64,000 nucleotides of DNA, from assembly GCA_009103225.1 (NCBI GenBank), contig RHPI01002438.1, forward strand, positions 504,637 to 568,636, written 5' to 3'. Within the stretch, counting starts at the first letter, position 1, and the number at the start of each line of letters is the position of its first letter. The notes below the pieces were generated by a model that searched no databases, had not been told where the DNA came from, and worked only from the letters and a program-made list of their open reading frames with translations. Below, in pieces: positions 37,901 through 49,900 of this stretch. The position numbers and the translations under genes are program-made. The stretch comes from Chlorokybus atmophyticus. Its lineage: Eukaryota; Plantae; Mesostigma and Chlorokybus algae.

Positions 37901-38840
37901 TAGGAAGGGTTACCCCCAAGGAGGCGACCCGGCATTGTCTGGTGTGGGCTTGGATGCAATGGATGCAAACCTTCTGTCTTCATTTGCTGGCAGCGGACCA
38001 CTGCAAGAGCCACCGCGCGTGCCAAGCAGGCAGAACGAGCGGCCACCGTCACGGTTGACTGCTTACATGGAGCAGCAGTTGCCTGACACGCTCATTCCAG
38101 ATGTATGGCCAGGGAACGGCCGCATGTCCAGTCAGTTTGAGGCGCCGCCGCAGCGAGCTAATGGGCCGCCCCGAGTCTCACCTGCATCGTTCTCAATGGA
38201 TGGGCTTTTCATGCGCGGCAACGAGGTGGTCGACTTTCCTCAGCAGTTCGTGCAGCAAGAGCGCCACAGGCGACGAGCTTCCTTTGACGAGCAGAACCTC
38301 TTCCAGACTGCGGGCTTGCAGGGCTACCAGGCCCCACCTCCAGCTTACGAGGACAAGTTCCAACGTAACAAGTACCCGCAAGATGCTGCTGTACTCAACA
38401 ACCAGTATTCTCACCTCCAGTACCCCAACCCTGCCTATGCACCCTCGGCACAACCTCCTCCCCAGTTCTTTCAAAGCCCCAATGTCCCGCCCATGCGAAG
38501 CGCCAACATGGGCTTCTTCAACGGGCCGGCGCCCCCGCAATACATGCCTCCACAGGCGCAGTACATGCCACCGCCTCCGCCCGTGCACGGCGGGTTCCCC
38601 GGCCAACGCAGCCACCATCAGGGGTTCACGCCTCCACCCTTCGTCCAGCAGCAGCAGCAGGAGCTCGGCTTCAACCCATCCATGCGACAGTTTGGGGTGG
38701 AGAATGCACCGGGCATGGGGCGGCCTCGCCCGGAGTGGTTCGCGGATGGGACGGGACACGGCGGTCCAGCGGGTATGCCGATGCAGATGACGGAAGAGAT
38801 TGAGCGCATGCTGCATGCCGTGCGCCTGCAGCACGGGTAG
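34951..38840 (+). CDS. CBE1/4E-T-like eIF4E-binding protein; true start upstream of 34951 not located
   Basis: Exon RIQHTREELLSLGKRAACQQCPP (variant 4E-binding motif), EYSPPRGRG, SESGLSKFARWF and VLSLDELERSL match motifs recalled from plant CBE1 and metazoan 4E-T. The long P/Q-rich terminal exon ends at 38840. Confidence 0.65.
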
Positions 38841-40616
38841 TGCTTGCAGTGTTTTCACTCTTTGTCTTGCCATGAATGCAGACAGTAGCCACATGCGAGT
38901 GCAGCCTTCATGTAGTGTTGTATGGTAGCTAGCATCAGTACCCAACAGCATCATCGTCACCAGTGGTAGGCGATTTTGTTAGGTTTGTATAGAACTGTAT
39001 GTTTGTAGGTGCAGGTCAGTTATGTCAGGGTGCCCTGTGTAGCGTTGGGCAACAAGCAGTTGAACACAGGAATGACCCACTAACGCAATTCCCTGCTTGG
39101 TAGCAGTAGTTCTTCAGTGTGATTCGGTTTGTTAGGCTTGCAGTGTTTGCAGCCACAGTTGGAGTTGGTGGCCTGAAGTGAAGTTTGTGTGATGTCAGCC
39201 TTGCTGAATGGAGTCCAACTGGTGGGTGTTGCTGATATACATCAAATGCAGGACATGCATGCGCATGCACAACGTGTCCAGTCAGCACGCAGCAACACAT
39301 GCAAGGTGTCGTACAAATGACATCTAGTTGACCACCGGGCTACAACTAGCACACTAATCTACTGCCTCTACCCGGTTAGACATGCAGCAGTCAGTATGCT
39401 TGTGACAGCATCTTTCGCTGGTGGCAGACTGTGCTATAGCGTGTAGTTCTGGGCCTCAAAATTACACAATTTGGTGCGCTGTGTTGATGTCTTTGAGTTA
39501 GTTGCAGCCCACGCAGCTGGGGTCAGGTTGCTGAAGTGTATTTTATTTGCATGACAGTGCTTACACTAAGTGCGCAACCCTGCATGCGTGTATGCCTTGG
39601 CAGTGGCTGTCACTCTGTTGATTGCATAGCTCGCATAGGTTGGATAAAACTGAGCGCGGTTCTTGCCATTAAGTCTTAAACATTGTATAAGAACTGGTAC
39701 GCTAGGTAGGCTGCATGCAAGTGTCACACGCATGTCATGGCAACGTGTCAAGCTCATGCCGCACGCAAGTTCACCGCCCATACTCCATCATAGTTAACCA
39801 CCGGGCTGTCTACCACGCTACCTAGCACACTACCTACCCCGTTAGCCATAGCAGCATGCATGTCAGTCAATCACCTGCATGGGTGCAGTTCACAGCGTCA
39901 GACACGGCGAGCTCAGCGGTTGACACAAGCAGTTAGCAGTGTGCGCATGCAGCATCCCCGCCCCTCCCTCTCTCCCCCCCCTCCCACTCTCCCTCTCCTC
40001 TCCGCCCCTCTCCTCCCCCACATCCTCCCTCTCCGCTGCGTTGGCAGTCGCATGGCGCTGTAACCCTTGGTGCTGCGCACCGAGCAGGGCACTTCTGCCC
40101 CGCCCCTCCTCCCGGCCCTTGTGCAGGGCCCTTCCCCTCGTCTTCAGCGCTCACTGGTCGCTGTCATTCGCACCGCCGGCGGTAGCAGTGCTGCTGCTGC
40201 TGGCAGTTCGGCAGTCTGGTACCGCTGGCAGTTAGGTGCTGCTGGTGGGGCTGGTCTTCTCCTCCGTCCGCACGGCCAAGCCGCCTTACCAGGCAGCCTG
40301 CTCCCCGCGCACTTGATGCTGTTGCTGCGTCTTCAGTGATGGCGCTGTCGTTGCCACGATGCCTGCAGTGTGCAGTGGTGGCATCCTAACATACAGTGCG
40401 TGAAAACAGCAATGCAAAACGGAGCTGCATCCCGGACACACCCGCTGTGGTGGCGGTCGCAAGATGCAGCTTGGCAAGCCATCAGGCGCAAACCATGCAG
40501 CCTGGTTGTGCCATTCAAGCAGCAGTTAGCATGCTATGCAGTACAAGGACAATGCACAACCATCCACATGAGCTGCGCCGTCACAACACATTCATGTGCG
40601 AAAACCACAGCAACTC

Positions 40617-41974
40617 TCAAACGCTCTCAACACCGACATGTAACCGTTCTTCCTGCTGTCCATATTTCCCCCATCCCCTCTCACCACCAGCCTCCCTCCC
40701 ATCCCCCGGATCTAATCTCCTCAACAACTTCCCAATCGGATAGAAGAAGAAGCTGACCGGTAAGTACTTCACGAAGCGGTACCAAGGGCGGTAAGGCAGC
40801 GCGAGGCAGTGCAGGTGGAGGTGAGGGACACTGTACCACGGAGGCGCGTGGAAACCGAAACGCTGAGGGGCGCCGGGGGCGTCGCGGGAGAGGAGGGAAC
40901 GACCCACCTATATGGGATGATATGTTGGGTGTTGGTTAGTGGGTGGTGGGTGGGGGTTGGTGTGTGTAGGCAGCAATGCGCGAAGACGGTGTTAGTGTCG
41001 TGCGTGCTCGTGTAAGAGTAAGAGAGAGAGAATGAGACACCTCGTGCATGCGGCGGGCCAAGGCGAAGTCGGACTCGCTGCGCTTGAGATCGCGGACGTG
41101 ACGGATGTGGGACACCGGAACAACCTGTGTGACAACAACTGTCTCTTCGCTGTGTGTGCGCAAGCACACAGCACATAAGCAGGCAATGTGGTGCGATGCG
41201 GTGACTCGGGCATTGTACCGATGTGTGTGGATGGCAGTGAAGTGTTTTTGTGAACATGATAAATGACACAAACGCGTCATCAACAGCGCTGAATGAATCT
41301 GTTTAGCAGCTGGAGTCGATCAATCCAAACTTGCGCAAGTCAAGTTTCATTAGCTGATGGTTCGCCACTAGCGGGCTTCACTATATCTGATGCAACGTGA
41401 GACAATGACGTCACTGGCATAGACCACCAATAACAACTCTACTATAGAAATGAAGGCATCTCCCAATCCTGGTACTCTGCACAGACTGCTCCACTTATGC
41501 TGTGTGGGTTCATCGCTAGCTCTGCTTCTGGAGAAATTGTTTGAGCGCAGGTACTTTTCTAGCTGCTTACTACTAAACAGTGCTTGTTTAGCTGCTTCAT
41601 CATCAGATAGTAGAGCGCACTCGAGCTTGTATTGTGAAGCCAATCAACACACTACTCAGCATGGTTCCGTGCGTTTTCCACACCTGGTAGTGCTTTCGTG
41701 CGGCCGGCGATCTGTCCTCGAAAGCGACAACCAGCTCGTCCCGGTAGAGCACGCGCGAGGTGAGGCGGCCCACACCCACACCCACACCTACACCCACCCC
41801 CACCCCGCCCCCTTCCACGCCGCCCTCGCCTCCTCCTCCTGCGCTAACCGCTGCGCTCACGATAGCGCAGAAGGGGCAACCCGCCCGCGGCGCTCTCCCA
41901 CCACCGCCGCTGCCGCTGCTGCCGCCGCCGCCCATGGACGTCCACCCGTCCACCCACAAGCAACGGGGCCTCAT
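40617..41974 (-). CDS. HIT-family nucleotide hydrolase, plant HINT4 / animal HINT3-like (3 exons; start at 41974 or 41935)
   Basis: CPFCAIV...VLYRDELVVAFEDRSPAARKHYQ / VVPVSHIRHVRDL / RFGFHAPPWYSVPHLHLHCLALPY (HIT motif HLHLH). Confidence 0.88.
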
Positions 41975-43290
41975 GCACAGGGACGCCTCTCTCCAGGCGG
42001 CGGCGGCGGCGGCGGACGTCGTGGATTGCGTCAGACAGAGGTGTAGTAGCAGTTGATACAAGGCAACACGCTTTCTGCTGCTGTTGATGCGTGGCGTGGA
42101 GGTGAGACTTTGAGCTTGCAGCAACAGCACCCAATGTGGTGGCTAACTACCTCCACCCGGGCATGGTGTGTTGACGGTGTCGCGGTTGTTGGGGAGAATG
42201 CAACTGTATGACGGGCAATGCTGCACGCATTTGGCAGATGTAATGTGTGCAAAAATGCGCATGTGCGTGCGCGCATTCGTGCGCGTGTTTGTGTGTGCGT
42301 GTCTGCCTGCCGTGCACGTGCGTGTGTGCCCACACAACCGTGCGCATGCATGGAAAGCAGGGAAGGGGTGCGTTGAAAACAGAGGCCAGGAGCTGAAGTT
42401 TCGATCCAGACAGCTTCGCGCACACGCACAGCCACACGTACGCACTCGCTATGCTGAGTGCCTCTGTATGTCTTAGCTAGGACTTGCATGATCCTGCATG
42501 TTGTATACTAGAGCGCACATATGCGCGCAAGCGCGAGCAGGCACGCCCACAGCGAATTGCGATGTAGGCTCTCCCAGCCGAGTGCAGCTTCCTTGTTACG
42601 TTGTGATTGGAATGGGTCAGCAACTTGCTGCGTTCACCCGTTCATTGTTGTTGTGGGGATACTGCGTCGCCATTGATATGATAGCGCTGGACATGAGCAA
42701 CATCTGCTTCATGCGCTGACATTGCTAGTCAAGCACTGCTAAACAAGTTTGCCGACGGCCTCAGGCGCAATCAAACCACTGTCCAACGCGCATGCGATCT
42801 CTTACTGCAATGGTAATCAAGCCTTCCCTGTCCAAGCACTCGCTCACTCTGACACAGTGTCTGTTGAACCATCGAACAGTCACTCTCTCTCACCTTGTGT
42901 GTTGCGGTCACTGACGGTCATCAACCATACCAACAACAAAATCGAGAAACATTTCTTAAAGCGGGGCTCAGGTGTGGCAAAGGTGTGGATAACATGGTCT
43001 GTGGGTCAGTCGGCTGAGCCCTTCTACACAAAGGCGGCAACCTTAGAGTTCAAGCTAACTGTGACTGTGCAATACATATGCGCGCACTCGTGTGTGCACG
43101 CGCGCGCGTACATATGCATAGATTCTCCCCCCGTTGTGCAGCGTAATCTAACGGTTGGCAACCTATGCACCAGTATAAAATAGCGGCTCAATTGGGTTAG
43201 AATAACTTTTAACCTCTTAAAGTGGAAGTGGAGTCTTCGAAAAAGAAGCTAGTAGCAACATAAATAATTAGCGATCCGATTTAAAAAAAA

Positions 43291-43364
43291 CGGGAAAAAC
43301 GGGAGTTGAACCCGCGACCCCTGGCGTGACAAGCCAGTACTCTAACCAGCTAAGCTATTTCCCC
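43291..43364 (-). tRNA. trnD: tRNA-Asp(GUC), bacterial/plant-mitochondrial type sequence
   Basis: GGGGAAATAGCTTAGCTGGTTAGAGTACTGGCTTGTCACGCCAGGGGTCGCGGGTTCAACTCCCGTTTTTCCCG folds into a full cloverleaf: 7-bp acceptor GGGGAAA/TTTTCCC, anticodon stem CTGGC/GCCAG with GTC, T-arm GCGGG/CCCGT and discriminator G. It is followed by T8. Confidence 0.92.
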
Positions 43365-43961
43365 TCTAATATACGATAGTCTTGCATATGTATGTGCGTG
43401 CGCACGGGGGGGCGCGCAAATGTGGCGCAGCAGGGTGGCTTGGCAATCCTGGCATAGAAGGTGTGACGGCCATTGTGAGACGTAGGGCGTCTGGCAGAAC
43501 AGTTGTTTTGTTGTTGCGGACATGAGTGAGTACCGAGGGGGAGGGACACCTCAAGACAAGATCCAACAGATGCGCGCGGGAGATAGACGCACGCAGAAAG
43601 GGGAGAAACACAGCCGCAGTTGTCGCAACGGCAAGCCAGCATCCAACTCATCTGCTGCCTCTGTGGCAGAGGCCTTTGAACCTATATACCTATAGTCTGT
43701 GCACGGCACACTTGTGTCATTGTTTGAACAGCTGCTAAAAGGTATGCACCCACGCCGCCGCTGCAGCTAGCATGCATGCAGTCACTGCTATAGGAAAGGA
43801 GCTATGCGAGAGTACGTTAGCCCAACCCTGTACTAGCAAAGCTAGCCCTCTACCGGCAGCAGCTGGTTGGGGCGTGCACTAGCGGGGGCGTGTGTGGGCG
43901 TCCCGTCTTGCCGCCTGTGTGTGTGAGGCGGAGGCAGGCACTGAGGATCGGGGAGGCGTCC

Positions 43962-46900
43962 ATGGCCATCGCGGGTACACACTGTTTTGCAGCCACCCTC
44001 TGGTAGTGGATGTGTCGGCAAAAGTCGTCAGTGGAGTGGGAGGGGGTTAGAAGTTAAATCTGCACGCAGGAGAGTTGAGATGGTCGGTTCTGCTTTGGGT
44101 GTGCATGCATGTGCGTGTGTGTATACACCAACCGAACCGTTCATCCACGTACTGTACCCGGCGCTGCCTCGGGAAGCACTACACTAGCTTCCTGTGTTTG
44201 ACACGTCAAGTTGCAGGCCACATTGAGGATAACGGGGGAGGCGGCGCAGCAGGCGGGAGCTCGCTGGCGCCTGTGGTGTGCAGGCTGAGTCTGCTGCGCA
44301 TACAGCAACCAACCAATCAGAGGGTTGGTGCATGTCAGCTGGACATTTACACATAAGCTATGAGGCAGTAGTAGTTTCGGGGCTGGCCATGCAGGCAACT
44401 CGCAAGGTGCCAAGGCGGCTTCCTGCTGCGTCCAACGCTTTGTTCTGCTGGTTGAGCGTTGTTGTCAAGCAACCTCAGGTGGCAGTATGCTGGTCACCAC
44501 GGTGACTGAAGGTGATCATGGACGGGTTGTTGTCTAGAGGAAAAGCGGTGGTAGTCATGTGCCTTCGTGTGCAAGCCACCAGGTGGTTTTCGACGTTAGT
44601 GGTCAGCTTCTGCATGCGTGCTGAAAAGCTTGATTGCTCTGCCAGTGCTGTGACACAGCGTTGCCACGGCAGTGCGACATGTGGCCGTCAACAAAGATCG
44701 CATTCGGTAGTTGAGCGTGTTGCACCTTCTCGGCCAGAAGGTGCCAGTTGTGCAGTCAAGTCACCTGAACACACCCTTACAACGCTGTAGCTAACCTTGT
44801 TACACGTAGCAAAGTTGCCTTCTCTATGGCTGGTTGCTGGTTGCTCTTTGAGCATCATCCTGTGCAGGCAGTATCCAGCTTGAGCTTGTTGCGGCCACGG
44901 GACTTCTGTGCACATCAAGTACTACGCACCTACACTGCAGACAACTTCAACTGGCAATCCACAGCCTTGGAGGCTACTTTGCCACGATGAAGCTAAAAAC
45001 GGCATTGCAGCTGCTGCAGGAGAGACAAGCCCTCCACATTCAGCTGTGTTTTTCAAGATCTGATGACCGAGCAGCGTGAGCAGATAGCTCATTTTGCAAC
45101 GCAAATGCGCGTGATGCTGTTGGAGAGGCAGCGGGAACATAGCGCGAGACTGGAAGAGCGGCTGCAAGCAATGCATGAGCTGGTGCAGGCATCGACTGAA
45201 CAGGGTGACTGCAATGCTCTGCAGGATGCACACAATTACACGCATTGCAAGAAAAACAAGACGAGCTACAGTGGACTTGGCCACCTCTGACGAGCATTTG
45301 CCGCAGAAATCTGCCACGGAGCAGCAGAAGCACAATGCGCAAAGGCTTGTTACCTAAGCTTGTGCAGAGTGTTATACAGTCTGTACGGGAGGAGGGGGCT
45401 CAAGTGAGCGCACTGCAGGAGCTCTCACAACTGCAGAAGCTCAACAACTTACTGAGAAAAAAGCTGCAAGCAGACCTTGGTGCTCAGTTGACTGACCAGC
45501 TGCAAGGCATGCACGCAAAGCAGGTGCAACTGCAGGTCGTCAAGTTCAGGAGGCTGAAGAAGCCAAAAGAGGATCAATTCGCACTTGATTTGTGAGTTTC
45601 AACCCCTGTTTGCACAATATCAAGGGACTGCTCCGAAGCTGTTTTAATGCACTGATGCCGCAATGCGAGTGCACAGGTCCAAGCAAGACAATTACGCTGA
45701 TGTCATCAAGAAGCTGGCTTACAAGCTGAAGGTGCCTGACTCTTCAATAGGCTCACTGCCTATGACTGCCATTGGCATTCACCCAAGCCCAATCCCATCA
45801 AGTATTGCACAGTGGACACGCTCATGGACTGGCTGGTTAAAGACAACCAGGTGTGTTTGCTCCATACGTCAGGACTAGAGCTGCAAACCATGCCTGTCTC
45901 ACATTACGAATGCAAATGTACGTTGGACCCCACCTCGATGTTGTTGGAATACAGACAATAGACATTCTTTACCATGGAGTGACAGATACCCCGCTACCAG
46001 CACTTGTAAACTGGAAGATCTTGACACTGTTTATCGCAAAAATCGGGAGGTTCGTCTTGCTCTGTATGGGTGTTACTGCATGTTCTTCTCGACCAATAAG
46101 CTCTGTGCACTGATTCCATTATCCAACAGAGGCAAGTGCTGAGCATTCGGACACCCGAGATAAGCACCATGGGTGATATCGTTGCTGAGTTGAAAACAAT
46201 GGTCAGTTGTTCATTACTCCGTGTGCACTGCCCAACTTGCAGGGCGTTGATACCGTACAGAGTGTGTGTCACTTCTTGCATTCTTCATGCTGCGGTTTGC
46301 ACCAGATGGACTCCCAGCCGGACACAGAGTTGAGAATTCCACAGATCTGCTGCGGCCAGATCAACAGGGTCTGGCATGAGTTCTCGCCAGTCTAAAGCTG
46401 TGCCGTGAGGTATCTCTTGTGACGTACTAACCCACCGTTGTAGCAGGTGTTCGCACATCATGAAAGAATTGACCACATGTTTTGGACTTTGCACGCGGAA
46501 GAGGTGTGGGCATGACGGCCTTGATGGACCGTAGTAAGGAATTGATGCATTTGCTGCCAACCATTGTGTGATGGTTGGCATGCGCGCCAGATCCCGGAAG
46601 ATGAGAAAACCATGGGCCCCAATGATAGACTGATTCATGTGTGCCACTTCACCAAGGAGGCGCGTACAGACTTGGTGCGTCAAGTGTGACGCACGCTCAT
46701 TGAGTGGCTTACGGTGCAGTCCTGATGGGTTGTGTCCTTTGTCATGCGCGAGCATGTAGTGTCATGTGCATGATGCCCTCGGGGCTGGCGACATGGATGG
46801 ACCTTGGGGTTTTGGCTCTCATAGCCATTTTACAGGGTTTATGTGTTGGGTTTTCATTGAGAACTCATGTTTGGGTCCTCATGGACGTGAGGGAGGTGTG

Positions 46901-49900
46901 TTCGAGGCGTATCTACAGTCAGATACGGAGCTGACAGCATATCTGGGTCACTATGGTATCTCGCACAGCTGTTTCGGAGTTGTGACTTTGAGAAGCCGTA
47001 ACTTACAGTTGGAGTGGCGGTTTGGCCATGGGTTGGCGTAAAAAGATGCGTTCTGAAGTGTACTTGAAGAGGATGAGCTTGGATAAGCCTTTCCTAACTG
47101 TTTACCGTTACTTATCAACGCCACCATGACTGTTACTATGCTGATGCAGATTGACAGTTAGGGTAGTTGGAGAGTTGGTTGGGCTTGAGCTCAACGGTGG
47201 TATATAAGGCTTTGCTAGCCTGTTTCCTAGTTTGGTTGGATGCAAGTTGGCCTACTGGAGTGCAAGCAACACCTTTGGGAAGAGGTTCTTGGCTGAGCGG
47301 ATGCGTGTGCACATGCTTGCATGTATGGCGTGTGTGCACGTGTTCGTTGCTGTGCGTTGCTGTGCATGAAGGGGTGTGTGTCACTGTTGCGACTTTGATG
47401 CACCGTATGGGCTGCCTTAGCATGTACTTTGAGTGAGGATTGAGTTGGGACTGCTTTACACAAGTGAACGGCTGATTGCAAGTCAAGTTGTGGTCTACTT
47501 GCCTACCTTTTGCAAGGGGACACGCATCTTTCACTTGCATCAAATGAGTTGATTCAGCTTCAACCATGGATAGCACACCGAGATTCAGTGGGAGGCCCGG
47601 CACGGCGGACCTACGCGACTTCATCGACCGCTTCGACTCCGAGATGGTCAAGTGGGAGTATCGGGACAAGTCGGGGTGGGACGAGCACAAAGCCTTCAAG
47701 ATGTTGCCTCTATACCTCAAGGATGAAGCCCTTGGCACGTGGAGAGAGTTCAAGGAGCAGCTGGAGGTGAGGGAGAGGGCGTTGCGGCTCGGCGCACCGG
47801 CTGCGTTTGAAGCGGAGTGGAAGAAGGAGCAGCCCGTGACTGAGTTCAAGGCGCTCTTGAGGAAGACCTACCCACAATCAACACCCGCCAAGGTTCGTGA
47901 GCTGAGTTTCTTCAAGCGCAACGCCGGGGAGACGGCGAGGATGATGTATACGCGCATGCTCAAGCTCTTGACGGACACGGACTACAAGGTGATGACGGAT
48001 CAGACCGCGGCGGTTGTGTACCTTCAACAACTAGAGGCGGACTTGAGGCTGAAGGTGGAGACCATGTTGACCACTCAGTCCGAGTTTGGCACATACACGC
48101 TTGCGGATGTCTTCAAGGTGGCCGAGACGGCAGAAATTCAGCATGAGTACCTCAAGAACATTGACCGACAGCGTCGGGGGTTGAAGTTGCTTGAGATTTC
48201 GGAGGAGAAGAGCTCTTCCAAGCCCGCGGCAACATCGGCGGCAAGCAAGGCAGCTGGTGGGAAGCCAAAGGAGTTCAAGCATGCCAACAACGCGGTTGTG
48301 GAAGGTGTGTCGGGTGCCAAATGCTGGTCGTGTGGAGAGCAAGGCCATATTGCAAGGGATTGTGGGAAAGGCAAGAAGGTGGTGTGCTCTCATTGCAAGA
48401 AGGGTGGGCATGTTGATGCCAAGTGTTGGAGTAAGCATCCAGAGCTGCGTCCACAACAAGGAGCGGCAGTCGGAGCTCACTCGAGTGTGAGAGCGGAGCC
48501 ATCAATGTCGGAGGTGACAAAGGCATTGGCGGCAATGCAATCGGAGTATGCATCGTTGAAGAGCATGCTCGAGCGAGGGAAATGGCCCGAGAGAGGAGCG
48601 GAGGATAAGCCAAGCAGCTCCGGAGGTTACCTCGCGTATAGTGCGCTCTCCGGAGGCACTAAGGTGGCAGCGGTTGCGACGACGAGAGCGTCGGCACGCC
48701 GAAACGCTGCACCAGCTCCCCCGACTAGGATGGTTGAGGAGGAGGCCGCGCCCGTCCGCGAGGAGGGTGTGGATCATGATAGGATGCGGGCACCAGCTGC
48801 ACGCATGCCTATGTCATTTAAGTTGCTGCCAACAACCCCGTTGGAGCAAGAGAGTTCGCGCTCGGAGGGTGCGAAAGTGCAGCCGACTGCTACGGCAACG
48901 GCGCGACATGATGTCGGCGTCGGTGGCGGTGGTGAGCACAAGAGAGTGGGGGAGCTGCTACAGATGTGTGTAAAGCTTCTCGAGGGTGCCAAGATGCTTT
49001 CCCAACAGCCCGCAACTCAAGCCAATGAAGAAAACTTGGAGTTGACGGCGCCGTTGGAGAGCGTTGCGGCGGAGCTGGTCGGGCAGCCGCTTGTTTGCTT
49101 GAAGGACCTTGGAGTCAGCAAGGAACACGTGATGGAGCTGTTGCAAAGTGCTCTAGACACCACTAGGACTGCCTCGACAAAGTCTCATGACCATATGAGC
49201 AAGTCTCATGAAGATATGGTGGCGCAAGCAGGCCGTATGGTTGCGCGCGCGGAGCTGGCGGCGCCCGAGGGGTCCGCGTCGGCGTCGAGTTCTCTCACTC
49301 AGCTTGAAGACAAGCTGGAGGAAGGTGTGGGGAGTGTAGGAGGGATGTTGGCAATGCTTCCCGCCACTCGGCCGGCCTTGAGAGAGAAGATATCGCCGAA
49401 TGTGGCGATGGTGGACAACCGTGGGGGGCACATCAGCCTAGACGGCTTCGTGCCAGATGTTGTCTTGGTGGATACAGGTGCACAACCTGTCATTTTGGGT
49501 GCTAGAGCTGTCAAGGGGATGGGACTCAGCCCCAAGGAGTGGGAGCCATGCCCGGTCATGATCAATACCTCGGCGGGGACCGTAGAGGCCGTGTGCGGCA
49601 TAACGGTGCAGCCGGTGGACATATGCTTGACTGCGGTGGGAGGTGCTACCACGTCCTTCAAGGTTCGATGCCTCATCACGGATGCAAAGGGGTACGATGT
49701 GCTGCTCGGACAAGACTTCTTGTTCCCCGTCGGCGGCGGCGTTGACAATTGGATCGAACAAGGGTTCTTTCGGCCGCGTTGGCGTGTGGGTGGAGGGGAG
49801 AAGGCCTATTTTCCGTTGAGCATCACACAAGGGGGTCTTGAGAGGTCTCCAACCTCTGCATCTGCTGTGTGGGCGTGCTTGAGTCGCCGTTCAGTCAAGG

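Noticed and set aside
46285-46755. 156-aa minus-strand ORF that looks protein-like
   Set aside because: It is antisense to in-frame UBP12-like exons on the plus strand.
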